From: an uncultured bacterium
GTDB lineage: Bacteria > Patescibacteriota > Minisyncoccia > UBA6257 > 2-01-FULL-56-20
Direction of reading: 5' to 3'
Assembly (NCBI GenBank): GCA_963719425.1
Contig: OY970382.1
Coordinates: 321,246 to 385,245 of the forward strand
DNA length: 64,000 nt
The notes below the pieces were generated by a model that did not search any database, was not told the DNA's origin, and worked only from the letters and a program-made list of their open reading frames with translations. Below, piece after piece: positions 9,014 through 18,808 of this stretch; position 1 is the stretch's first letter, and every line of letters starts with the position of its first letter. A program made the translations under genes and the position numbers.

Positions 9014-10792
9014 ATGGGACCGGAGACAAGAATTTGTCAGAACTGTAAGCAGCAATTCACGATCGAGCCGGAGGATTTCGTGTTCTATGAAAAGTTCAAT
9101 GTCCCGCCGCCGACGTGGTGTCCGGAGTGCCGATTCGTAAGACGCCTTACGTTACGGAACGAGCGGAGTTTGTATAAGCGAAAATGCGACCTCTGCGGAC
9201 AGGAAAAAATAATGCAATTTAGTCCCCAGTCGCCCTTCACCGTTTATTGCAAAGAATGTTGGTTGAGCGACCGGTGGGACGCTTCCGCGTATGCGAAAGA
9301 ATATGATTTTTCAAAGCCCTTTTTTGCGCAGTTTTTTGAACTGTTGCGCACTGTACCGCGACTCGGAATCGTCCATCAGGGAACAATTGTAGATAGTCAG
9401 TATGCAAACCGCGTGAGCAATTTAAAAAACTGTTATCTTGTCTACGGCAGTAATTTTGACGAAAACTGCATGTACGGCACATGGTTTAACAATTCAAAAG
9501 ATTCGATGGACGGACTCTCAGTGCAGAAATCGGAACAGTGTTATGAATGCATTGACTGCTTTGAATCACACAAGCTCTTTTACTCTCAAGAATGCACGGC
9601 ATGCAGCAGTTCGTACTTTCTCTTTAACTGCCGCAACTGCGAGAGTTGCTTTGGTTGCACGAATTTGAGAAACAAGAGTTATTGCGTATTTAACAAGCAA
9701 CATACCAAAGAAGAATATCAAAAGATCGTCGCCGGATTCAATCTCGGGAGCCGAACGATGCGTGATGCGCTGAAGCTCAAGTTCCTCTCAGAAAAAACAA
9801 AGTATGTTGTTCCTGCCCTCGTGGAACATCATAGCCAGAACGTATCGGGGAACTGGATAGAGGAATCAAAAAATGTTGCCGAAGGGTTTAGTTGCCGAAA
9901 GGTTGAGGACGGAAAATATCTCTACGGACTTGTAGGGTCCAAGGATGTCATGGATTACTCCTTTTGGGGGCGCGCCACAGAACTGGTCTATGATTCGGTG
10001 AATATCGGCTATCAGTCCTCAAGTATCCGTTTCGGCAATGAGGTATGGGATCAAATAACCGATGCGACGTACGTATTCAACTGCCACAACGCCCATGACC
10101 TTTTTGGATGCGTTGGGTTGAGAGGGAAAGAATACTGCATTTTGAACAAGCAATATTCAAAAACGGATTTTGCATCGCTGTCGTCAAAGATCATTGAACA
10201 GATGAAAACTGTCCCCTATAAGGACGCAACTGGAAAACTCTATTTTTATGGCGAATTTTTCCCTGTTGACTATCACCTTTTTGCTTACAACGAAACGATT
10301 GCGCACGAGTACTTTCCGCTTACCAAAGAGGAAGTGCTGCGACAGGGATATGCATGGAGGGATCCCGAGGATAGAAACTATAATATCACGCTCGCTCCCG
10401 ACGACTTACCTGATCACATAAAAGATGCCGAAAGTACCATCGCAGACCATATCATCGGCTGTGCTCACAAGGGCGCTTGTAATGAGCAGTGCACGACCGC
10501 GTTTCGCATTATCCCCACAGAATTACTCTTTTATAAAGCATATGAGATACCGCTCCCGACGCTCTGCCCAAACTGCAGGCACTATGGGCGATTGAAACAG
10601 CGAAACCCTCTGAAGCTTTGGCACAGGAAATGTCAGTGTGCGGGGACAAAATCGGAAAAGGGTATTTACGCCAATGCCGCTGTTCATCAGCATCAGACGA
10701 GCCACTGCCCCAACGAATTTGAGACCTCCTACGCGCCCGATCGCCCCGAGATCGTCTATTGCGAGCAGTGCTACAACGCGGAGGTGGTGTAA
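9014..10792 (+). CDS. Cys-rich multi-zinc-ribbon/repeat protein, paralog 3 of 4
   Basis: 592 aa; same motif set. Confidence 0.87.
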   Translation: MGPETRICQNCKQQFTIEPEDFVFYEKFNVPPPTWCPECRFVRRLTLRNERSLYKRKCDLCGQEKIMQFSPQSPFTVYCKECWLSDRWDASAYAKEYDFSKPFFAQFFELLRTVPRLGIVHQGTIVDSQYANRVSNLKNCYLVYGSNFDENCMYGTWFNNSKDSMDGLSVQKSEQCYECIDCFESHKLFYSQECTACSSSYFLFNCRNCESCFGCTNLRNKSYCVFNKQHTKEEYQKIVAGFNLGSRTMRDALKLKFLSEKTKYVVPALVEHHSQNVSGNWIEESKNVAEGFSCRKVEDGKYLYGLVGSKDVMDYSFWGRATELVYDSVNIGYQSSSIRFGNEVWDQITDATYVFNCHNAHDLFGCVGLRGKEYCILNKQYSKTDFASLSSKIIEQMKTVPYKDATGKLYFYGEFFPVDYHLFAYNETIAHEYFPLTKEEVLRQGYAWRDPEDRNYNITLAPDDLPDHIKDAESTIADHIIGCAHKGACNEQCTTAFRIIPTELLFYKAYEIPLPTLCPNCRHYGRLKQRNPLKLWHRKCQCAGTKSEKGIYANAAVHQHQTSHCPNEFETSYAPDRPEIVYCEQCYNAEVV

Positions 10793-10838
10793 GCGCCGTT
10801 TAATCCTGATTTAACCCTCGCCGTTCTACAATGCGGGA

Positions 10839-12266
10839 ATGGCGTTTTTTCTTCATCCGGCGGACACGGCATTCGGGATCGCACTACTTTTTCTCGCAGG
10901 GGTGTTCATCACGGGCCTTGGATGGCATTTCCTCGCGTTCTTTCTTGCTGCACTTTTAGGCGGCGTCGGGACGATTCTTTGGCGGCGGCAGCTTTGGAAA
11001 GAGTGCATTTTGTTTCTTTGCGCAGCGCTCGTCGGCGCCTTGTATTATCACTTCTATTTTCACTTGCAGGCGTTGGAGACAAACCTGCCCACAGGGCAAG
11101 AGGCATCGCTGCAAGTCGTGATTTCGGACGAGCCGCAGCCAACGGAAAAATATTTGATCATCACCACGGATGCTGCCCCTCCATTTTGGGGGACATTAAA
11201 AATCCTCGCACCACCAGGGAGCAATTTTCAATATGGCGAGTTGCTGCAGGTGAGCGGGGCCATTAGCCCACCAGATACTGAAGGCGGCGATTCCATTGTG
11301 TTTTCGCCGAAAAGCATAACCGTACTCGCGGAGCACCGTGGCTTTTGGCTGCGCGAATGGATGATTAACCTGAAACTCGCCATTCTCCAAAAGTTCAGGG
11401 AGGTGCTGCCAGAAGACCAGGCGGCGCTTTTGGGCGGGATCGCCTTCGGATCAAAAGTGAGCTTCAAGCAGGAACTAAAAAATGCAATGGCGCTCTCGGG
11501 CACAACACACCTTGTCGCCGTCTCCGGTTACAACATCACGATCGTCATTGTCGCCGCAGGTGACCTTTTCAAGCGATTCGCCTCGCGCCGTGCGACGTTT
11601 TTCGCGGCCGTGATCGCGCTTGTACTTTTTATGTTTATGGTGGGCGCTCAAGCGTCTGCGGTACGCGCGGCGATCATGGGATTTTTGGCACTCATTGCGC
11701 GTGAGATAGGGGAGCAATTCAGCATGCGGAATGCCATCGTCTTTACGGCCGCCTTTATGGCACTTCTTGACCCAAGTGTTCTTACCGGAAATATCAGTTT
11801 CATTCTCTCGTTCCTAAGCCTGGCCGGCATCGTGTATCTCGGCCCGCCTCTCCAAAAGCTTTTGCGATACTCGGGTGAGAGTGGTCTCTTTGATTGGAAA
11901 GAAAGTGCGATAACCACTATGTCGGCCCAACTCGCCGTAATGCCGGCCCTTATCAACTCTTTCGGGCGATTTTCCTGCATGGCAATCTTCGCGAACATCC
12001 TTGTCCTTTCCACGGTGCCGCTCACGATGTTCCTCGGGGCGCTCCTCGCGCTTTTCGGATTCGTTTCGCACTACCTCGCGTTTTTCGCCGGGAAACTTGT
12101 CGGGCTGTTTCTTGCTTATCAGCTTTTCGTGATCCGCCTCTTCGCCGCGCTTGCGGTTCCGCTGCCCCTGCCGCTCAACTCCGCCGCCGCAATCGCGCTG
12201 TATTACGTGATACTTTTGATATTTATTTTTTCCTATGGCGCTCATGACCGTTCTCAAAGGATTTAA
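10839..12266 (+). CDS. comEC: ComEC/Rec2 competence protein, membrane (competence) domain
   Basis: 'SGTTHLVAVSGYN', 'SAVRAAIM', 'SFILSF' motifs, many TMs. Confidence 0.9.
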   Translation: MAFFLHPADTAFGIALLFLAGVFITGLGWHFLAFFLAALLGGVGTILWRRQLWKECILFLCAALVGALYYHFYFHLQALETNLPTGQEASLQVVISDEPQPTEKYLIITTDAAPPFWGTLKILAPPGSNFQYGELLQVSGAISPPDTEGGDSIVFSPKSITVLAEHRGFWLREWMINLKLAILQKFREVLPEDQAALLGGIAFGSKVSFKQELKNAMALSGTTHLVAVSGYNITIVIVAAGDLFKRFASRRATFFAAVIALVLFMFMVGAQASAVRAAIMGFLALIAREIGEQFSMRNAIVFTAAFMALLDPSVLTGNISFILSFLSLAGIVYLGPPLQKLLRYSGESGLFDWKESAITTMSAQLAVMPALINSFGRFSCMAIFANILVLSTVPLTMFLGALLALFGFVSHYLAFFAGKLVGLFLAYQLFVIRLFAALAVPLPLPLNSAAAIALYYVILLIFIFSYGAHDRSQRI

Positions 12267-13176
12267 TACGCTTGCACTCATCATCGCGACATCGCTTGTT
12301 GCGGTTGATGCGTACGTTTGGTTCGCGATGTGTTCGCAGGGCGGTGTCCAAGAGGTACATGAATATTTTTTGGATGTCGGACAGGGTGACAGCGAGCTTG
12401 TCGTATTCCCCGGTGGCATGAAAATTATGACCGATGCCGGTCCGGCCGCGAGTTCGCCGGCCGCCGTGATCGGCGCGCTAGAGAAGGTGCTGCCGCAGAA
12501 TGACCGCTATATAGACATCGCGATCATTTCGCATCCGGACTCGGACCACTTTGCCGGCTATCTGGACATCTTGGATCGCTACGAGATTGGCGCATTCCTT
12601 TATAATGGCCGTGCCGGCGCGAGTGACGCCTGGCAGCAACTTATGGAAAAGATAGATGCTAAACATATTCCACTTGTCACGCTTGGAGCAGGGGACCATA
12701 TTCATTACGCAACAAATATAATTGACATACTTTCTCCGGATAGCGCGTTCGTTCAGAGTGCGGAGACAAACGACACCAGCTTGGTGGAACTCGTGCGCGC
12801 GGAGCCCGGTAGTGAAAGTGGGCGCAGCTTCCGCACATTGCTCACTGGCGATGCCCCCTTCAACGTGGAGGACTATCTTATAAAGAGAGGCATTGATGTA
12901 CGGGCCGACATTCTGAAGGTGGCCCACCATGGCTCAAAATATGCTTCGGGGAGCGCGTTCCTGCGCGCCGTGAATCCAAAAGCAGCCGTGATCGGCGTCG
13001 GTGCGAAAAACGTTTACGGCCACCCCTCAAAGGAAATGCTCGCGCGGCTTGCGTCGTCAACGCACGCACAGGTCTTCCGCACCGACCTCAATGGCACGGT
13101 AGAGATTTTCTCCGAGGACGGCGCACTAAAAATGATAGAAGAAAAACAAACTGCGTCGCCAAACGGCGGGAAGTGA
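12235..13176 (+). CDS. ComEC-type metallo-beta-lactamase domain protein (split ComEC C-terminal part)
   Basis: 'FLDVGQGD', 'SHPDSDH', 'LLTGD', 'KVAHHGS', 'YGHP', 'RTD'. Confidence 0.88.
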   Translation: MALMTVLKGFNTLALIIATSLVAVDAYVWFAMCSQGGVQEVHEYFLDVGQGDSELVVFPGGMKIMTDAGPAASSPAAVIGALEKVLPQNDRYIDIAIISHPDSDHFAGYLDILDRYEIGAFLYNGRAGASDAWQQLMEKIDAKHIPLVTLGAGDHIHYATNIIDILSPDSAFVQSAETNDTSLVELVRAEPGSESGRSFRTLLTGDAPFNVEDYLIKRGIDVRADILKVAHHGSKYASGSAFLRAVNPKAAVIGVGAKNVYGHPSKEMLARLASSTHAQVFRTDLNGTVEIFSEDGALKMIEEKQTASPNGGK

Positions 13177-13191
13177 TATAATGAAAATATC

Positions 13192-14466
13192 TTGAAGATA
13201 CAAAATTTTGAACAACTCGCGGTCTCGGAGGCGCGGCAGGCATTGCTTACGATCACGAGGGCCGGACTTGAGGCGATTGACACGGCGCGGGTGATGCGCG
13301 AAACGATGCGGATTGAAGGAGAAATGCTGATTCTCGGAAGTGAAAAAATTCCGCTCGCGGAGATCGGGCAGCTCGTTTTTGTCGCAGTCGGCAAGTGCGC
13401 CGTAGAGGCCTCGCTTGCGGCGGAAGCAACGCTTGGTGACCACCTCACGCGCGGTGTTGTCGTAGACGTGAAGGCCCGCCCCGCCCCGGCCTCCACACGG
13501 CTCAAAACGTTTTGCGGCACCCATCCTTTGCCTTCAGAAGAAAACCTCCATGCGACAGAAGCGATCGTTCAGACGCTCGCGGGACTCACCGAGCGAGATC
13601 TCGTGATTTTTGTAATTTCCGGCGGCGGTTCCACACTGCTCTTTCTGCCGCAAGACAAAACTGACCGAAGCGAGATTGATATATTCAAAGTGCTCACGAA
13701 TGCCGGCGCGACTATTCAGGAAATGAACGTGGTGCGGAAACACCTGTCGCTCGCGCGCGGCGGCTACCTTGCGAAATATGCCTATCCTGCCCGCGTCATC
13801 TCGCTCATTATGAGTGACGTGCCGGGGAACGATATTGCAACCGTTTCTTCCGGTCCGACCGTAAAAGACATGACGACGATAGAAAACGCGGAAAGGGTGC
13901 TTGCAAAATTCAACGCGCCCAAAGCCAAGCTGGTTGAAACGCCGAAGGAAGACAAATATTTCGCGCGGGTCACAAACGTCCTCGTAGTATCCAACGTGCG
14001 CGCGCTTGACGCGATGCGCGCGGCCGCGGAGAAACTGGGCTTTCTCGCGGAGATTCGCGGGAGCGAACTCACAGGCGAGGCATCGGAAGTTGGGCAAATG
14101 GTCACGGAGGCGCTCCATGCGGTGCCCCCGCGGTCGGCGCTCCTTTGGGGCGGCGAAACGACTGTCACCGTCCGCGGCGCGGGCAGGGGAGGCCGCAATC
14201 TAGAACTCGCGGCTTCCGCGCTCCGCTTCGTGCGCGACGGCGAGGAAATTCTTTCTCTCGCTTCGGACGGCCGCGATCATGGCCCCTTCGCCGGCGCGAT
14301 CTGTGATACCATTACCAAAAAGGCGATCGCGGACGCCGGGCTTGATCTTGAACAATTCCTTAGCAATAACGATACCTACGGTCTTTTTGAAAAAGTTGGC
14401 AATTATCTCACGACCGGCGACACCGGCTCAAATGTGTCGGACCTCATCATAGCAATGAAGGCGTAG
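13192..14466 (+). CDS. Glycerate 2-kinase (MOFRL/DUF4147 family)
   Basis: 'GK', 'HPLP', 'ISGGGS', 'SDVPG', 'GGETTV', 'GGRN', 'TGSNVSD'; TTG start. Confidence 0.88.
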   Translation: MKIQNFEQLAVSEARQALLTITRAGLEAIDTARVMRETMRIEGEMLILGSEKIPLAEIGQLVFVAVGKCAVEASLAAEATLGDHLTRGVVVDVKARPAPASTRLKTFCGTHPLPSEENLHATEAIVQTLAGLTERDLVIFVISGGGSTLLFLPQDKTDRSEIDIFKVLTNAGATIQEMNVVRKHLSLARGGYLAKYAYPARVISLIMSDVPGNDIATVSSGPTVKDMTTIENAERVLAKFNAPKAKLVETPKEDKYFARVTNVLVVSNVRALDAMRAAAEKLGFLAEIRGSELTGEASEVGQMVTEALHAVPPRSALLWGGETTVTVRGAGRGGRNLELAASALRFVRDGEEILSLASDGRDHGPFAGAICDTITKKAIADAGLDLEQFLSNNDTYGLFEKVGNYLTTGDTGSNVSDLIIAMKA

Positions 14467-14475
14467 AAAAAATTT

Positions 14476-16005
14476 ATGATCATCGTTCTCAATTTTGGCA
14501 GCCAGTTCGCGCATCTTATCGCGCGGCGGGTTCGTGAGCTCAGCGTGAAAGCGGAGATCCTGCCGTTTCATGCATCACTTGCGCAGATACGGTCGCTCAA
14601 TCCGAGTGGCATTATCCTATCCGGCAGCCCGGCATCGGTGCTAACAAAAGGAAGTCCGCGCCCCGCAAAGGGCATTTTTGATTTGGGAATCCCCGTGCTC
14701 GGCATCTGTTACGGCGAGCAGGTGATGGCGCAGATGCTGGGCGGCCGGGTGGCAAAAGGCAAACGGCGCGAATACGGAAAAGAAATTGTGACCACGTTTC
14801 ACAATCCGTTATTTGCCGGTGTGGAAAAAAGAGAATTGGTTTGGTTCTCGCATGGCGACCAGGTTGCAAGGTTGCCGCGCGGTTTCGTCCGCATCGCGGC
14901 GACCTCGGGCTGCCGCTATGCGGGTATGGCGAACGCTGCCCAAAAGATTTTCGCCATCCAGTTCCATCCCGAGGTGACCCACACACGGCACGGCATGAAA
15001 ATACTTTCCAATTTTCTTTTTCGCATATGCAGGGCACAGAGGGACTGGAAGATCGGCACGGTGGCGTCCGCGCTTCAGCATTCGCTCCGCGAACTCGTGG
15101 GGAGTGATCATGTTGCCATTGGCATATCGGGCGGCGTGGATTCGCTCGTTGCGGCAACTCTTCTCTACCGCGCCATCGGTTCCCAGCTGCATGCGATCTT
15201 TGTAGACACCGGTTTGCTGCGAAAGGATGAGGTAATGGCCGTTTCGCGAACCCTCCACGCGCAGGGATTCAAAAATCTTCATGTGGCAAGCGCACAAAAT
15301 ATTTTTCTCAACCGATTGAAAGGCAAAGTTGACCCAGAAAAAAAGCGGAAAATCATAGGCCATGCCTTCATTGAAGTTTTTGAAAGCGCCGTCAGGCGGG
15401 AACTCGCGCGATATCCGATCAGGTTTCTCGCGCAAGGAACCATATATCCGGACCGCATCGAATCAGCCGAGCCGTCCAAGCACGCTTCAAAGATAAAAAG
15501 CCATCACAACCTGACGCTGCCCGCGAAAATGCATCTTAAAATCCTTGAACCGCTTAGGGAATTTTACAAAGACGAAGTGAGGGCGTTGGGCCGCTTGCTC
15601 GGGTTACCCAAAGAGCTTCTCTGGCGGCATCCATTTCCGGGTCCCGGACTTGCCATAAGGATTGTGGGCGAAGTCACGCCCGAGCGGCTCGCCATTCTTC
15701 GCGAGGCAGACGCGATTTTTACGGAAGAGCTTAAAAAATCGGGGGAATACGAGAAAATTTGGCAGGCGTTTGCGGTGTTGTTGCCGCTGCGGAGCGTTGG
15801 TGTGATGGGCGATGAGCGAACATATGAATACATGATTTCGCTCCGCGCCGTTGATTCGGTGGATGGCATGACGGCGGATTGGCACAAAATCCCTCCGAAA
15901 CTTCTGGAGCACATCTCAAGCCGCATTGTGGGAGAAGTGCGCGGCGTGAATCGCGTGCTTTACGATATTACGCAGAAACCGCCCGCCACCATTGAATACG
16001 AGTAG
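14476..16005 (+). CDS. guaA: GMP synthase (glutamine-hydrolysing)
   Basis: 'GICYG', 'QFHPEV', 'SGGVDS', 'IKSHHN', 'HPFPGPGL', 'KPPATIEYE'. Confidence 0.97.
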   Translation: MIIVLNFGSQFAHLIARRVRELSVKAEILPFHASLAQIRSLNPSGIILSGSPASVLTKGSPRPAKGIFDLGIPVLGICYGEQVMAQMLGGRVAKGKRREYGKEIVTTFHNPLFAGVEKRELVWFSHGDQVARLPRGFVRIAATSGCRYAGMANAAQKIFAIQFHPEVTHTRHGMKILSNFLFRICRAQRDWKIGTVASALQHSLRELVGSDHVAIGISGGVDSLVAATLLYRAIGSQLHAIFVDTGLLRKDEVMAVSRTLHAQGFKNLHVASAQNIFLNRLKGKVDPEKKRKIIGHAFIEVFESAVRRELARYPIRFLAQGTIYPDRIESAEPSKHASKIKSHHNLTLPAKMHLKILEPLREFYKDEVRALGRLLGLPKELLWRHPFPGPGLAIRIVGEVTPERLAILREADAIFTEELKKSGEYEKIWQAFAVLLPLRSVGVMGDERTYEYMISLRAVDSVDGMTADWHKIPPKLLEHISSRIVGEVRGVNRVLYDITQKPPATIEYE

Positions 16006-16058
16006 ACGCGGAAGGGGACAACGGGGGATCCCACTCTCGGATTTTTAATGTATAATAA

Positions 16059-18524
16059 ATGAAAAGTACGAACATGAAATCACAAAAACATATTTTGAAG
16101 TACGAGGAGGTCGGCATCAAGGATGTGGGCGTGGTCGGCGGGAAGAACGCGTCGCTCGGCGAAATGATCCGGACGCTCGGTGCGAAAGGGGTGCCCGTGC
16201 CCTCGGGATTCGTCGTTACGGCTTCGGCCTACTTCTATTTTTTGGAGAAAACGGGGCTGGACAAGTTTATTAAAACAACATTAAAAGGCCTTGATACAAA
16301 AAATTTGAAAGACCTCCAACGTCGCGGTAGGATCGTCCGCGATGCGATGATGGACACGGAGTTCCCGAAGGACCTTGCAGCGGAGATCGTGAAGGGCTAT
16401 CACGAACTTGAAAGGCGCTATGGGAAAAACGCGGACGTTGCCGTGCGATCGTCCGCGACCGCGGAGGACCTGCCGGGCGCCTCATTTGCGGGCGAGCAGG
16501 AGAGCTATTTGGGCATCCGCGGACCCCGCGAGGTTTTGAAGGCCGTGCGCGCCACGATGGCGTCTCTTTTTACCGACCGGGCCATTTCCTATCGACAGGA
16601 CCGCGGTTTTGATCATCTGAAGATTGCTTTGTCGGCCGGCGTGCAAAAGATGGTGCGCTCTGATCGCGCCTGCTCGGGCGTCATGTTCACGCTTGATACC
16701 GAATCCGGCTTTCGCGAAATTGTTTTAATCAACGGTTCATGGGGCCTTGGCGAAATGATCGTGAAGGGAGAGGTGACGCCGGACGAATTCATCGTTTGGA
16801 AGGAGGGCCTTCGCACTGGCGTTCGTGAGCCCATCATAGAAAAGAAACTCGGTGTGAAATTGCGGAAAATGGTCTATCACCACGAGCGTCGCCTGGAGCA
16901 GGCAAAAATCATTCCAACGACGCCAGTGGAGCGTACCTCGTTCGTATTGACCGATCGCGAAGTAGCGCGGCTTGCAAAGTGGGGAGCGATCATAGAGAAA
17001 CATTATACTGACCACTACAAGAAATGGACGCCGATGGATATGGAATGGGCAAAGGACGGCATTACTGGCGAGCTCTTTATTGTGCAGGCGCGTCCCGAAA
17101 CCATTCATGCCGGCCAAGACTTTTCAAAAGTGAAAGAATACATCCCGCTTGAGCACCGCGAGCCGATTCTTATGGGCGCTTCGGTAGGATCCAAGATCGG
17201 TACCGGGAAAGCTCGCGTAATAATGGACGCGAAGCATATTGGCGACTTCAAGAAGGGTGAAGTGCTTGTGACTACGATGACCGACCCTGATTGGGAGCCG
17301 ATCATGAAGATCGCCTCCGCGATCGTGACGGACAAAGGCGGCCGCACAAGCCACGCTGCGATCGTCTCGCGCGAGTTGGGAATTCCCGCGATCGTAGGTA
17401 CGGAAAAAGCGACGAGGCTTATCAAGACCGGCGACCCGATCACGGTGGACACGACTGGCAGCGCAGGCAACATCTACCGGGGATTTTTGAAGTTCAAAGT
17501 GGTGGAGCACGACTTGAAAAAGATCCCGCGGCCCAAGACGCACATCATGGTGAACATTGCTATTCCCGACAGTGCGTTTGAGACATCGTTCCTGCCCACG
17601 CGGGGGGTTGGCCTCGCACGCGAGGAGTTCATCATCGCTTCAAAGATGGGTCTGCATCCGATGGCGCTTCTGAATTTGAGCAAGCAAAAACCCGCCGTGC
17701 AGCGCGCGATCCAGGAAAAGATGCGTGGCTGGCATGGCAACGCCAAAAAATATTATATAGACAATCTTGCCTTCGGCATCGCAAAAATCGGTGTGGCATT
17801 TCACCCGCATCCCGTGATTGTGCGCTTCTCCGATTTCAAGACGAATGAATACCGAACCCTTCTCGGCGGCGAAATGTACGAGCCACACGAAGAGAATCCG
17901 ATGATCGGCTGGCGCGGGGCTTCGCGATACTACGATTCGAAGTTCAAGCCCGCGTTCATGCTTGAGGCAGCGGCCGTGAAGAAAGTGCGCGAGGAGATGG
18001 GACTCGCGAACGTGATCCCGATGGTGCCCTTCTGTCGCACCGTGGAGGAGGGGATGAAAGTGCAGGAGGCAATGGCTGAGGCGGGACTTTATACCAAGTA
18101 CACGCTCCGAGGCAAGAGTGTGCGAAGTGTCAGGGGCAAAGCCGTGACGCCGATCTACGTGATGTGCGAGATTCCATCAAATGTTTTGAGCGCCGACAAG
18201 TTCTTGGATATCTTTGACGGCATGTCCATCGGCTCAAACGATCTCACGCAGCTTACGATGGGCCTTGACCGCGACTCCGGCATCGTCACAAAAATCGCGA
18301 ACGAGAAGAATCCCGCCGTGGAACGCTTGATTGCCGAGATCATCGCAAAATGCCGCGCGCGCAAAAAGTATATCGGTATCTGTGGCCAAGGGCCATCCGA
18401 TTATCCCGATTTCGCCGAGTTTCTCGTCACGAAAGGCATTGAAAGCATGTCATTGAATCAAGACACCGTCGTCCGCACGACCGTTGCAGTCGCGAAGAAG
18501 GAAAAGCAACTGAAGAGGAGATAG
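16059..18524 (+). CDS. ppsA: Phosphoenolpyruvate synthase (start may be ATG 16074)
   Basis: 'VGGKNASLGEM', 'AVRSSATAED', 'GGRTSHAAIVSRE', 'SIGSNDLTQL', 'GICGQ'. Confidence 0.96.
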   Translation: MKSTNMKSQKHILKYEEVGIKDVGVVGGKNASLGEMIRTLGAKGVPVPSGFVVTASAYFYFLEKTGLDKFIKTTLKGLDTKNLKDLQRRGRIVRDAMMDTEFPKDLAAEIVKGYHELERRYGKNADVAVRSSATAEDLPGASFAGEQESYLGIRGPREVLKAVRATMASLFTDRAISYRQDRGFDHLKIALSAGVQKMVRSDRACSGVMFTLDTESGFREIVLINGSWGLGEMIVKGEVTPDEFIVWKEGLRTGVREPIIEKKLGVKLRKMVYHHERRLEQAKIIPTTPVERTSFVLTDREVARLAKWGAIIEKHYTDHYKKWTPMDMEWAKDGITGELFIVQARPETIHAGQDFSKVKEYIPLEHREPILMGASVGSKIGTGKARVIMDAKHIGDFKKGEVLVTTMTDPDWEPIMKIASAIVTDKGGRTSHAAIVSRELGIPAIVGTEKATRLIKTGDPITVDTTGSAGNIYRGFLKFKVVEHDLKKIPRPKTHIMVNIAIPDSAFETSFLPTRGVGLAREEFIIASKMGLHPMALLNLSKQKPAVQRAIQEKMRGWHGNAKKYYIDNLAFGIAKIGVAFHPHPVIVRFSDFKTNEYRTLLGGEMYEPHEENPMIGWRGASRYYDSKFKPAFMLEAAAVKKVREEMGLANVIPMVPFCRTVEEGMKVQEAMAEAGLYTKYTLRGKSVRSVRGKAVTPIYVMCEIPSNVLSADKFLDIFDGMSIGSNDLTQLTMGLDRDSGIVTKIANEKNPAVERLIAEIIAKCRARKKYIGICGQGPSDYPDFAEFLVTKGIESMSLNQDTVVRTTVAVAKKEKQLKRR

Positions 18525-18534
18525 GGACGTGGTA

Positions 18535-18707
18535 TCTTCCGATATATTGTGCCGGAATAAATGCTCAAGCCGTACTTAGCCAGGCGAGAGTTCTTGATGC
18601 AAAGCGAACATTTTCATTTAGTGGAAACGGCGTTTTTTGAGCGATACGGCTTTAAAATTTGTCGCCCCGCTTCGGAAGCGGGGCTAAGTGGGAAATCCCA
18701 ATAATTT
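18535..18707 (-). ncRNA. Candidate ~170-nt structured RNA with crossing (pseudoknot-type) pairings
   Basis: Minus-strand TTGACA(18740-18735)-16-TATAAT(18718-18713) with no downstream CDS; 9-bp hairpin 18664-18684; three short complementary pairs. Confidence 0.45.
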
Positions 18708-18808
18708 CTTCAATTATAGCGAAGCGGAATCTATTGTCAAACATCTTTTAATAAAAATTTAATCTCTGCAAAACCAGAGAAATAGGGTATAATGAACTCA
18801 CTTTTCGC

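Noticed and set aside
5442-10792. Diversity-generating retroelement or CRISPR array explaining the repeats
   Set aside because: No reverse transcriptase, no TR/VR pair with adenine-specific differences, and no regularly spaced repeats or cas genes. The repeats are in-frame parts of paralogous genes.
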